From the NCBI GenBank assembly GCA_963827235.1, contig CAWHAE010000009.1, positions 480,001-544,000 on the forward strand: 64,000 nucleotides of DNA, in the 5' to 3' direction. Origin of the DNA: an uncultured bacterium. GTDB taxonomy: Bacteria > Chloroflexota > UBA5177 > JANWHV01. Positions 41,401 to 50,085 of this stretch are shown piece by piece; within the stretch, counting starts at the first letter, position 1; the number at the start of each line of letters is the position of its first letter. The notes under the pieces are model-generated. The model was not told where the DNA came from. It did no database searches and saw only the letters and a program-made list of their open reading frames with translations. Both the position numbers and the translations under genes were made by a program.

Positions 41401-42500
41401 TAGATCCCGACGCCGTGGCTGCTGCGGCGCTTGGACGCGGTCTCGTTTCAGCGGACGAGATCGCATCGATGTCCACGGATGACAAGATCGCGCTGATCTG
41501 GCGGCCCGGCTTCAGCACTGCCTCCTCCGTGACCTCAATGTCTGGTCGCGGTATCGGCATGAAGAGTGCGCAGGACGCCGTGGCCGCCCTGAACGGCCGT
41601 ATCGAGATTCACTCCGTGCTCCGCCAGGGCACGACGTTCAGCATCATCTTGCCACGCTCGCTCGCCATGATGCGCGTCGAGGTGGTACGTGAAGGGCAGA
41701 ATGTGATCGCCATTCCGATCACGCAAATGGTTGCCACGCATTCCGTTCCCTATTCGGAGCTCGACGACCTCGAGCCGGGACACAGCATTCAGGCAGGCGG
41801 TAAGGAGCTGCCCGTGTTCGCGGTGACGCTTGCAGACGGACCGGCGGGCGACGGCGAGGCCGGGCGCGCCACCCTTCTGGAGGTGGCCGCCAGGAACGGC
41901 GCCATCGTGGTCGACGAGGTCCAGGGTAGCCAATACCTGCCGGTGCGATCCGCGCCGGAGTATCTCCGCCGGCACTGCGGCCTGCTTGGCTATGCCGTGG
42001 GCGGCGGCGGCCAGATCCTGCCCATACTCGACCTGCCGACGCTCATAGACCGCTCGCGCGCCCTCGTGATCGATGCGCCCAAGGCTACCGTCGCCCGGGT
42101 CGCCTACAGCATTCTGGTAGTCGACGACAGCCAGACGATGCGGCGAGCCCTTCGCGATACGCTCAGCAAGGCCGGCTTCAGCGTGCAGGAGGCAGTCGAC
42201 GGCCACGATGCGCTGAACATCTGCATACGGCAGATGCCCGACTTGATCACGCTAGACATGGAGATGCCCGGCATGGACGGCCTGGAGGCACTGACGGCGC
42301 TACGATTGCTGCCGAACGGTGGGGCTACCGTGCCCGTGTTCATGATCACCTCTCGCCAGCAGGCGCGCCATCGCGCCGCCGCGCTCGCCGCGGGCGTTAC
42401 GCGGTACTTCACGAAGCCCTTCGATACAGACGAGTTGCTCAGCGCCACGAATCTGGTGCTGGCCGAAGGCACCGGCCAGGCGCGGGAGGTGGCGTCATGA
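38424..42500 (+). CDS. cheA: Hybrid CheA-like histidine kinase (Hpt-Hpt-DICT-like-dimerisation-HATPase-CheW-REC)
   Basis: RRGFHTIKG and RRKLHTLKG; HLINNALDHGIE, DDGRGID, PGFSTA...SGRGIGM; ILVVDDS...LDMEMP...TKPF. Confidence 0.9.
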   Translation: MSDSVDRLQAALAAALAAPPAAPGSPEEEEGADIATPRAKAASALEAALRDRLEWHWDRDQHQGEQLCRVLADMCMWHEHTTLRDKVLDLQRKGIALLAAVPDGEPSAGDVGDIEDEYQAIKPREDDAAAIAAALGMTLEEAKAFGLVGTLTSVGFEEEGPVPVAAGVSAEAEQPEEDLETLFRREAKNRASKDLPSALQNFWGNQQSMDLMLTVRRGFHTIKGDARMTAVSAPPEVAEELEGLAVLSEAAEDIVDYLLGDDYDPSQPAPPLPPGAFSLMNEVANALVRRLELRRPLDNEVTLLKRLAAMQRKAAAQAGVVIDEASLAAKIPLPTMPAAAPKVQRQEPVSTTGHSLLPTFLDEAKRLMPDLHRALGILSTTPSDEASLLLARRKLHTLKGGAALIGAEAVDIQMIAHHAEDLFELIEDVQLRGELNEVPKDVLDGVLDAEDALQTLLDNLEHVNSGGRSPVQPLLQDPAELVTRLQQITERVRTGDVAPAAPVAVSEEPAAMPAAKAAAPIAEAGAEVPAQPITDPALLQRVVIPPPVARPPARMVSLRDLSFRRFIEKSEQGQVRSRTAVIDRLAAVEERARMTSGAFSLFIGVQQMSQYIEEQARYHDLVGEKGQLYIFGALDQVPSPLSRVTLVPLVEGDELLRERFAIFESPEFSTGFVAHDTADDVEGSGRRFLCLAIEEHVTLAEMSDLLRTAIRRGGALVAARRTALHSMSALKPLPRLQPPITRRDRALPVEITPRRQQDFGKDVSVRNALTALEDLSVTRDSLQGLVTRMSQQRVEGRRSGVRLRTLIERVGSELAGLRSELVRTTRRTGDWDLLEKEEFTTVDVLLGQLDEALADLEESDTNLRRDLAEATAQVEIQADKALSAQRALLDISMIPLSQIKDRLAHAVRSASRRLRKQVEFALEGGDLVLDGRIAEAVFEPIMHLINNALDHGIETSTGERVEAGKTIEGHLTIRGRSTGDGVAIDVSDDGRGIDPDAVAAAALGRGLVSADEIASMSTDDKIALIWRPGFSTASSVTSMSGRGIGMKSAQDAVAALNGRIEIHSVLRQGTTFSIILPRSLAMMRVEVVREGQNVIAIPITQMVATHSVPYSELDDLEPGHSIQAGGKELPVFAVTLADGPAGDGEAGRATLLEVAARNGAIVVDEVQGSQYLPVRSAPEYLRRHCGLLGYAVGGGGQILPILDLPTLIDRSRALVIDAPKATVARVAYSILVVDDSQTMRRALRDTLSKAGFSVQEAVDGHDALNICIRQMPDLITLDMEMPGMDGLEALTALRLLPNGGATVPVFMITSRQQARHRAAALAAGVTRYFTKPFDTDELLSATNLVLAEGTGQAREVAS

Positions 42501-42883
42501 GCGTCGAGATCGATGTCTACGTTGCCACGAGTGGGCCCTATCGGATGGCGTTCGCTGCGGATCAGATAGAGTCCACCAGGCCCTGCCCGGCGTTCACCCT
42601 GCCCGAGGGTGAGCAGCCCGGTGTTCTTGGCACTCGCGACGGACTGCGGGTGCTCCACCCAGGGTGGTTCTGGGGAGATGCCGAGGTGAAAGAGCAGCCA
42701 CAATACCTGTTGGTTGTGCGCTCCGGCATATGCGCACTGGCAGTCGACACGTGCCAGCTGCAGCGTCTGCTCATCGATCCACCTCCACCGGTATTGGCGG
42801 GGAGCGGCATGGTCTTTGGCCTGGCAAACACGACCGGCGAGCTGACACCGGTCCTCGACCTTGCCTGTATTCCTCTGGCATAG
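42497..42883 (+). CDS. CheW-like protein (divergent)
   Basis: RMAFAADQIE, ALAVD, GELTPVLDL; overlaps the cheA stop. Confidence 0.6.
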   Translation: MSVEIDVYVATSGPYRMAFAADQIESTRPCPAFTLPEGEQPGVLGTRDGLRVLHPGWFWGDAEVKEQPQYLLVVRSGICALAVDTCQLQRLLIDPPPPVLAGSGMVFGLANTTGELTPVLDLACIPLA

Positions 42884-42964
42884 GGGTAGGAGCGAGCGAT
42901 GATCGGCGCGGCAACGTTGAAGCCTTCTGAGGCAGCGACAGATTGACTTCAAAGGAGAACTGAA

Positions 42965-43432
42965 ATGCTTTTCGGCGGGCGCAAGCAGGTGTCGCAGCAA
43001 GCTGAAGAATCGGAAGGGGATCGGTACACGACCGTCAAACCGCATACCGGTCCATTGATCATGGCAGTTGATGACGACGCTACGTCCCGCGCCGCGATTA
43101 TCAACACGCTGGAGGCTGCCGGGTATCGCGTCCACGCCGTCAGCAACTATGCCGATTGGGACGCCGCGCGGCAAGGCGGCATGAGCCCGGCACTGATGGT
43201 GCTCGACATCATGCTTGCAGAGCCGCGCCGAGGGGGCTATGAGATCCTGCGTGCGCTGCGCAAAGAGGATCGCAGGACGCCTGTCATTATGCTTAGCTCG
43301 CGCAACACACCCAGCGACGAGGCCTTCGCCAAGGCGAACCAGGCGAATGCATTCGTAAGCAAGGTTCGGGGAGAGTTCGACCATCCGGCACATGGGCTAG
43401 TGGCGACGGTGGACAGACTTCTGTCCTCTTGA
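42965..43432 (+). CDS. Single-domain response regulator (PilH/CheY-like)
   Basis: IMAVDDD, VLDIML, GYEILR, PVIMLSS, FVSK. Confidence 0.85.
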   Translation: MLFGGRKQVSQQAEESEGDRYTTVKPHTGPLIMAVDDDATSRAAIINTLEAAGYRVHAVSNYADWDAARQGGMSPALMVLDIMLAEPRRGGYEILRALRKEDRRTPVIMLSSRNTPSDEAFAKANQANAFVSKVRGEFDHPAHGLVATVDRLLSS

Positions 43433-43538
43433 AGCCTCCTGTTGAACGGTGCTACGGAGTAGAAGAAGGGGGTATGACCTTGGCCCATGGCGCGAGCGCT
43501 GTAATTCGTATTCCTACAGGCTTAAGGAGACATCGACT

Positions 43539-44045
43539 ATGAACAGCATGGCTGGGTCAGGCCCCGAGCGGCAAAGAATCCTAATCGTCGAAGACTCGAA
43601 GACGCACCGCCGCAACCTTCGCGACGCCCTTGCAGAGGAGTATGAGCTGCACTGGGCGATCAACGCGCGAGATGCTCTTGCCCTTGCCTTCACCAAGCGG
43701 CCCAACTTGATCCTGCTCGACATCAATATCGAGCCACCGCCAACAGACGAGGTCGACAAGGAGGGCAATCCCATACTGGGCAAGAATATCAGCGGTCTGG
43801 AAGTCTGCCGGCAGCTGAAGAAGAGCATTCTGAAGGACACGCCGATTATCGTGCTCACCGCGTCCAAAGGATTCATTCCCAGAATCAAAGGCAAGCTCGC
43901 GCATGCTAATGAGTACCTCACAAAGCCTATCGAGACGCAGCAGCTGCTTGACTTCATCTATAAATACCTGGGTAGCCCGCGTGTTCGAGGCCGGCTCGAC
44001 AAGATCGAGAGGGACTACGGCGAGCGTGCTGCGCAATCACGCTAG
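43539..44045 (+). CDS. Single-domain response regulator (PilG-like) with loop insertion
   Basis: ILIVEDS, ILLDIN, GLEVCR, PIIVLT, RIKGKLAHANEYLTKP; SD AAGGAG. Confidence 0.85.
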   Translation: MNSMAGSGPERQRILIVEDSKTHRRNLRDALAEEYELHWAINARDALALAFTKRPNLILLDINIEPPPTDEVDKEGNPILGKNISGLEVCRQLKKSILKDTPIIVLTASKGFIPRIKGKLAHANEYLTKPIETQQLLDFIYKYLGSPRVRGRLDKIERDYGERAAQSR

Positions 44046-44096
44046 CACGTTCCTGTGCGAGCGTGGCCCAACGAGCAACAAGAAGTGTGATCCCGT

Positions 44097-45113
44097 ATGA
44101 AACTCTTTGGTCGCCGGTCGCACGGCGGGAGCGCCGACCTGGCGCGCATCGCCTCGTTCGAGAACCTGGCAGAGCAGCAGAAAGAGGTCGAGGACGAAGA
44201 CCGGCCGAACTCGCAGCCGCAGATCCGGGTGCTCAGCGATGAGGAGTTGTTCGGTAAAGGCGATACCGGTCCGGGGCACGATGGCCCCGCCGGTGCCCGG
44301 GACGCGGAGCAGTTCAGGCCGCTGACGGATGACATGCCCGCGGCACGTCCGTCTTCTCTCGGCTTGCGCTCGCTCACGTCGATCTCCGGCGCAGGCGTGC
44401 CGGCTGATCTGGAGATGACGTCCGAGAGACTGGACGACACTGGATCGGAAGCCGGTTGGGTCAAGAGCGGCCGTGGATCGCTCGCGACGAGCGGTGACGC
44501 GCCAGCCATCATTGGTGCGGACATCCTGATCGGCGGAGAAGAAGCAGATCTGGTGCCGCTCATTCCAGATACCAAGCCGGAGGCCGAGAGCGCGGATCTC
44601 GATGACGAGACCTCTGCCGCCGCGGCCGTCGACGCGCTGCGAGGAGCCTGCGATTTGCTGGTCGATCGCATTCAGCGCATGCGCGCTTTACGTGACGGCG
44701 CGCGCTTCATATCCGCGATGATTTCAGTGGTGACTGAGCTCGACGCCAAGTACGCCGAGGACTGGGGCATTGTGCGCCGCAACGGCCTCGAGGAAGTGCT
44801 CGACGACGTGCGTGCCGCCGTTGCCGAGGGAGATCGCTTCATTCTGGAATCGCTCGAGAACGGCCAGGGCGGCATGACCGACGAAGCCTTCGTGCGCGAT
44901 CTCAAGACCGTTGCGATGAAGGACCGGCCCCGGATCATCGCCGAATATACGATCTTCCTTGTGTTTGTCTATCGCTGCGTGCTTCTCCAGTACCTGCGCC
45001 CGCTCGAGCAGGACGCCGGTCGCCTGAATGAGATGATGAGCAGGCTCGACTACCTCATCGATGGCGTGCGCGAAATCCTCATTCAGCACGTCAACGCCCA
45101 CGTCCAGGGTTAA
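44097..45113 (+). CDS. Hypothetical protein (acidic disordered N-half, helical C-domain)
   Basis: 338-aa ORF co-oriented with the che cluster. Confidence 0.65.
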   Translation: MKLFGRRSHGGSADLARIASFENLAEQQKEVEDEDRPNSQPQIRVLSDEELFGKGDTGPGHDGPAGARDAEQFRPLTDDMPAARPSSLGLRSLTSISGAGVPADLEMTSERLDDTGSEAGWVKSGRGSLATSGDAPAIIGADILIGGEEADLVPLIPDTKPEAESADLDDETSAAAAVDALRGACDLLVDRIQRMRALRDGARFISAMISVVTELDAKYAEDWGIVRRNGLEEVLDDVRAAVAEGDRFILESLENGQGGMTDEAFVRDLKTVAMKDRPRIIAEYTIFLVFVYRCVLLQYLRPLEQDAGRLNEMMSRLDYLIDGVREILIQHVNAHVQG

Positions 45114-45466
45114 CCGCTGGCGCTGGTGCCCCGGACAGAGCATGCTCGCGGCGATGAATTGCGCGATGCGATGAGATTTGGGCGTCTCCACTAGTAGCGT
45201 AATAAGCGATGCTACATTACAATAGGAATCACCGTAGTACGCTCTATCAGCCGGAGATGCCGCTGAGCTTCGTGTGAAGCGTTTGCAGAAGGCACAATGC
45301 TTCTAGGGGGTGCAGCGCTTCTCTCACGATCATGCTGGGCAAACGGCGCAGTCGCATCTGATCGGCTGATGGCCCAGGATGGCCTAGGGATGGGAGTAAA
45401 CTGGCAAGCAGTCTTGAGTAGCAATACGCTTACTCTAAGGAGCGGCCTGAAGGAGTGGGTGAATAC

Positions 45467-45871
45467 ATGAGTAAGACACTTGCGCAGAAGGTTGATTGGC
45501 TCTTCAATACGCGACGCAACGCGCAAGGCCGGCAGTTCACCTACGGCCAAGTCCAGCGCGCCACGGGGAACCGTATCACAGCGAGCTACGTCTGGAAGCT
45601 GCGGACAGGTGCGATGAGCAACCCCGGTCTCAGCGCCCTTGAAGCACTGGCCTCGTTCTTCGAGGTGCCCCTGGACTATTTCGCCGAAGGCGGAGAGTAT
45701 CTGGAGCCAAGCCTGAGCGTTGTGAAGCTGCCGCTGGAAGACAAGGTGGCCCGCGAAGACGCCCTGCAAATGGTCAAGGAAGGCGCGAGCAAGCTTCCAG
45801 ATGATAAGCTTCGGGCAGTGATCGAGGTCGTCGAGTATTTGCGTGCTCACGAGGAGCCTGCGAAGATCTAG
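45467..45871 (+). CDS. XRE-family HTH regulator, EspR-like
   Basis: TLAQKVDWLF...ITASYVWKLRTG..SNP....LEALASFF.VP.DYF matches the mycobacterial EspR pattern. Confidence 0.8.
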   Translation: MSKTLAQKVDWLFNTRRNAQGRQFTYGQVQRATGNRITASYVWKLRTGAMSNPGLSALEALASFFEVPLDYFAEGGEYLEPSLSVVKLPLEDKVAREDALQMVKEGASKLPDDKLRAVIEVVEYLRAHEEPAKI

Positions 45872-45940
45872 ACAGTCCCCCCTGTTGGAGCCGAGTCGGG
45901 GGAGAGCGCGCTTGAGTCCGCGGTGCTCGCCACGACGCGA

Positions 45941-45981
45941 AAAGCAGGAAGGGTGCCCGCCTGGAGCACCCTTCCTGCTTT
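45941..45981. terminator. Bidirectional intrinsic terminator between convergent genes
   Basis: AAAGCAGGAAGGGTGC...GCACCCTTCCTGCTTT. Confidence 0.75.
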
Positions 45982-46035
45982 ATGGTGTGTGTTCTCGCTG
46001 CCTGGTCGCCGCGCGACCAGATGCCGGACCGCCAA

Positions 46036-46686
46036 CTACTTCGGACGCCTGCGTGCGACCGCGATCACCGGGACGTCTTCGCGAGCGGGTAACGCCGCGC
46101 CGTCGCCCCCGCGTGCCGGGTCGAATACGGAACGCAGAAAGCCTGTTTTCGTCAGTTGCGATGTCTTGCTGGGCACCGGGGCCTTTTCGATGAAGACAGG
46201 CTCCCGCCTCTCGACGTGCGCGCTGCCCTTCACCCGCACCCCGGGCCCGCTGTGCTCGGCAAGCGTGAAGCGGGACTTCAGTATTGAGACTTCCGGGGTC
46301 TGTACGGGCGCCGCTGCAGCCTGCGCGTTCGCGTTGTCGAGCACGCCGCGCAGTATACGCGAGATCTCACCCGGCCTGGCGTCAAAGGCAAGGCTTCCGG
46401 CGATAGGCAGCACGTGCCCGACCGGCACGCCCTCCCGGTGCACGTTCACGAACACGATGGCCGGCAGCGGCTTCGCGAGTCGCCCGAGGGCCGGATTAAG
46501 CACCATCTCGCGATCGACCAACACGATCGGCGGGTGCTGGAGCGCGATCTCCTCCGCGGCTTTGGCGGCATTGTCCGTGTCGCAGAGTATGAGAATGTCG
46601 GGATCTCTGGCCAGCTCAGCCCGCAAACGGGCGTGAATCAGGGGAGAAGCGAGCGCCAGGATGAGAGAAACATTGGCCACGATCAT
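46036..46686 (-). CDS. Degenerate receiver-domain protein with unknown C-terminal tail
   Basis: SPLIHARLRAEL...PPIVLVD resembles a NarL-type REC but lacks the acidic pocket and conserved Lys; no HTH visible; SD GAAGGA. Confidence 0.5.
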   Translation of the reverse strand: MIVANVSLILALASPLIHARLRAELARDPDILILCDTDNAAKAAEEIALQHPPIVLVDREMVLNPALGRLAKPLPAIVFVNVHREGVPVGHVLPIAGSLAFDARPGEISRILRGVLDNANAQAAAAPVQTPEVSILKSRFTLAEHSGPGVRVKGSAHVERREPVFIEKAPVPSKTSQLTKTGFLRSVFDPARGGDGAALPAREDVPVIAVARRRPK

Positions 46687-46876
46687 TCCTTCGCATGTGC
46701 GACCGTCTGCCGGGGGGCGAGTTTGCCGGGGGGTCTCGGCAGCGCTCGACTCACCACCATATTCTAGCGTAGGAGGTTGTGGCATGCCATCACCCGACTT
46801 TCTCCAAAGAAGCATCCATTTGGGGGATACCTGTCCCGCCGGCGACTTGACGGCACTCTATCGGCTCGCGCCAGTT

Positions 46877-47041
46877 TCAGGGCTCTCGGTAGATATCGTG
46901 ACCGCCGATGCGGCGCCACACGATATGGGCATCAGCACCGCGCCCCTCCGTGCCGTAGTGGGACGTCGCCCGGCCGGAGGCGGAAAAGTGGAATTCGACC
47001 ACCCGCTCGAGCTGCTCGTGCATGTCTGCTGGCAGTGCCAT
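46877..47041 (-). pseudogene. Short RelE-like toxin remnant (54 aa)
   Basis: MALPADMHEQLERVVEFHFSASGRATSHYG...HIVWRRIGGHDIYREP; SD AGGAG. Confidence 0.5.
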
Positions 47042-47515
47042 ACATGGATTCTCCTATCGTCGATTGCACAGCCGCCAAGCGGCTCGCATTCGCCTGTAAC
47101 CAGCGCCGGCGGCGAAGGTGGGCATGGTAGCCCGATCTGTGTGTGGCATGTGTTCCGCGCTCGCAGTAGATTGATAGAGCACATCATTGTGCCTTGCTGC
47201 CTTGCGGAACAGGACCGCAGGACAGAGCACTGAACACGTGACGCGAGAACAGTCAGGAGCCTCGATACCTTCATGCAGATAGTGATAACTTGCGCCGCAA
47301 GCTCGGCGACGACTCTGCCCAATCCTGGAGCGATCGCCTGGGATTGGGCACGGAATACCGGCTGCTCGACCATGCTACATCCGGCCGACCGTTCACTCCG
47401 ATTCTCTACAAGATCGTGTCGGCTCAACGCGCGGCTCCTCAGGACGCCGCTAGTGGGTGCTGCGCATCATGCATAGGGGGCTTTGTCCGCTCCTTGAGGC
47501 ACTGCGGAGTCCAGA

Positions 47516-49996
47516 ATGATTCAAGAGATATCTGCGGACGAGGCACGCTTGGCCGAGTTGCGCGCCGCCGGTGCCGGCTGGGCCGAAGAGGAGGAGCGGG
47601 CGCAAGAGGAGCGCTCGGGCGTCAGCGCCGATCTGCTGATGGCCAAAGAGGTCCATGGCAGCCATCCCGGCGACAAGTACGTGCGAGTGGTTCGCACCGG
47701 CCGAGGCGCGTTCCGGCACAGCGGCCCCGAGAGCGTACGCGCCACCGCGGCCCTGCCGCGCGCCCGAGGACCCCTCGGCCGCCTACTGTTCGCCATCAGA
47801 GAGAGACTGGTCGGTGACCCGCTGGCCAATGAGCAGTCCAGGCACGAGCGCCTGACCAAGCTCAAAGCGCTGGCAGTCCTTTCTTCGGATGCGATCAGCT
47901 CGGTGGCCTATGCTACCGGCGCTATGCTCTCCGTGCTGCTCGTAGCAGGGACCGGCAGCTTCAGCGTGTCGCTCGGCATCGCGGCCGCCATCTCCACGTT
48001 GTTCGCCATCGTCGTTCTTTCTTACCGGCAGACCGTCAAGGCCTATCCACGCGGCGGCGGCTCGTACATCGTGGCCAGCGACAACCTTGGAGCGGTGTTC
48101 GGCCTGATCGCCGGCTCCTCCCTGATGATCGACTACGTGCTGACGGTAGCGGTCAGCATCACGCAGGGCGTTGCCAACCTCGTCTCCATCGATCCCGGCC
48201 TGTCTGCGTATCAGTTTGCCTTCGACATCGCGGCAATCCTCGTGCTTCTGCTTGGCAACCTGCGGGGTATTCGTGAATCCGGCTCGATCTTCATGATCCC
48301 GTCGTACCTGTTCATCGGCTTTGTCTACCTGATGCTTACGGTCGGCACCGTGCACTTCTTCACCACGGGCATGCACGTCGTATCGCCGCACCCCCAGTTC
48401 GGCGTCACCGCGGTGAAGGCCACGGAGACGTTAGGACTATTCCTGGTCCTGCGCGCCTTTGCCGGCGGCTGTACCGCGCTCACCGGCGTGGAAGCAATCT
48501 CGGACGGCGTGCCGGCTTTCAAGCCGCCCGAGTGGCGCAACGCGCGCTTCACGCTGACGGCGCTGGGATGCATTGCCATTACCATGTTCAGCGGTATCTC
48601 ACTGCTCTCGCACACCTACGGCTTGGTGCCGAACGCGGGCGACAACCCCCCTACCCTGATCTCGCAGCTGAACGCCTCGACGCTTGGCAACGGCAGCGTG
48701 CTCTTCTACTTCGGCCAGATCGCGACCGCGCTCATTCTCTTGCTGGCGGCCAATACCGCGTACTCCGATTTCCCGCGCCTGGCCTACTTCATGGCCCGCG
48801 ACAGCTTTCTGCCGCATCAGTTCACGCACCGTGGCGACAGGCTCTCCTACTCGAACGGCATCATCATTCTCACCAGCCTGGCAACGCTGCTCATCCTGCG
48901 CTACTGGGCGGACGCGAGCCAGTTGTTCAATCTGTACGTGATCGGCGTATTTGCCTCGTTCACACTTTCGCAGTCGGGCATGGTACGGCGCTGGTGGACG
49001 CGGCGGGAAGCCGGTTGGACGAAGGGCATCGCCATCAACGGCGCCGGCGCCACGGTCACCCTGATCGTGCTCGGCATTACCGCCTATACCAAGTTCCTGG
49101 CAGGCGCGTGGATGGTCGTCGTGCTGGTTCCGGTCATGGTCACCGGGTTCCTGTGCATCCGTGGGCACTACATGGAGGCAAAGGAAGCGACTCGACCTCG
49201 GCCGATATCGGCACCCACGCACCTGTACCACACCATACTGATCTCCGCCTTCCACGCGCAGGAGCACGAGCTGTTTAGCGCCCTCGCCTATATGCGCGTG
49301 CTCAACAATCCGCGCGTGATCGTGGTCGGTCCATCGGCTTCCCTGGCAGCAACGCATGGGCCCGACGCCGAGAACATGCTCATAGACGGCCGCCGTGAGT
49401 ATCCCGCGCTCGCGGAGGCGATTGCGCGGGTGCGCGCGCAAGATCCAGAGGCGAAGATTACCGTGATGCTTCCCTCGCATCACTACGGGCCCTCGTGGCT
49501 GCTCTCGCACTGGCTCCTGCGCCGAAGGCTCCTGCGCCGCCATTCGGCTGCGATCGCCCAGATGTCGCGCCAGGTTGACACCGGCTTGTTGCATGGGCAT
49601 TACTCCAGCCTGGTATCCGTCTCGTCGCTCAGCCAGGCGTCGCTGGATGCCCTGGCCTACTGCCGCTCGCTCTTCACCGGGCGGCTTCTGGCAGTCCACG
49701 TGGTGGCCGAGGACGACCCGGATAAGGCACGCCGTGAGTGGGATGCCTGGGGGAACCACATCCCGCTGGTGACCATCGACTCGCCATACCGGGCCATCGT
49801 AGCGCCGCTACGCGCCTACGTCGAGGCGCTGGGCGAGCGCGAGGGCGGTGAGATCATCACCATGGCGCTGCCTCTCGTGTGCGCTCGCGGCATCCTTGGC
49901 CGATTCCTGCACAACCATACGGCCAACCATCTCCGGCGCCTGCTGCTGGATCAATCCAACATGGTGGTCGTCAGCGTGCCGCACGAGATTCCCTAA
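47516..49996 (+). CDS. APC-family permease, KimA/YdaO-like K+/H+ symporter
   Basis: LSSDAISSVAYA, YPRGGGSYIV, GNLRGIRESG, ALTGVEAISDGV, AANTAYSDFPRL, SPYR, LHNHTA. Confidence 0.85.
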   Translation: MIQEISADEARLAELRAAGAGWAEEEERAQEERSGVSADLLMAKEVHGSHPGDKYVRVVRTGRGAFRHSGPESVRATAALPRARGPLGRLLFAIRERLVGDPLANEQSRHERLTKLKALAVLSSDAISSVAYATGAMLSVLLVAGTGSFSVSLGIAAAISTLFAIVVLSYRQTVKAYPRGGGSYIVASDNLGAVFGLIAGSSLMIDYVLTVAVSITQGVANLVSIDPGLSAYQFAFDIAAILVLLLGNLRGIRESGSIFMIPSYLFIGFVYLMLTVGTVHFFTTGMHVVSPHPQFGVTAVKATETLGLFLVLRAFAGGCTALTGVEAISDGVPAFKPPEWRNARFTLTALGCIAITMFSGISLLSHTYGLVPNAGDNPPTLISQLNASTLGNGSVLFYFGQIATALILLLAANTAYSDFPRLAYFMARDSFLPHQFTHRGDRLSYSNGIIILTSLATLLILRYWADASQLFNLYVIGVFASFTLSQSGMVRRWWTRREAGWTKGIAINGAGATVTLIVLGITAYTKFLAGAWMVVVLVPVMVTGFLCIRGHYMEAKEATRPRPISAPTHLYHTILISAFHAQEHELFSALAYMRVLNNPRVIVVGPSASLAATHGPDAENMLIDGRREYPALAEAIARVRAQDPEAKITVMLPSHHYGPSWLLSHWLLRRRLLRRHSAAIAQMSRQVDTGLLHGHYSSLVSVSSLSQASLDALAYCRSLFTGRLLAVHVVAEDDPDKARREWDAWGNHIPLVTIDSPYRAIVAPLRAYVEALGEREGGEIITMALPLVCARGILGRFLHNHTANHLRRLLLDQSNMVVVSVPHEIP

Positions 49997-50085
49997 CATT
50001 CGGGCTTGACGAGTGCAGCAGGCACGCCACGTGCCCGGCGCCTGCTACCATTCACCCAGTGATCTGTGACCATGGGAGGGTAGAG

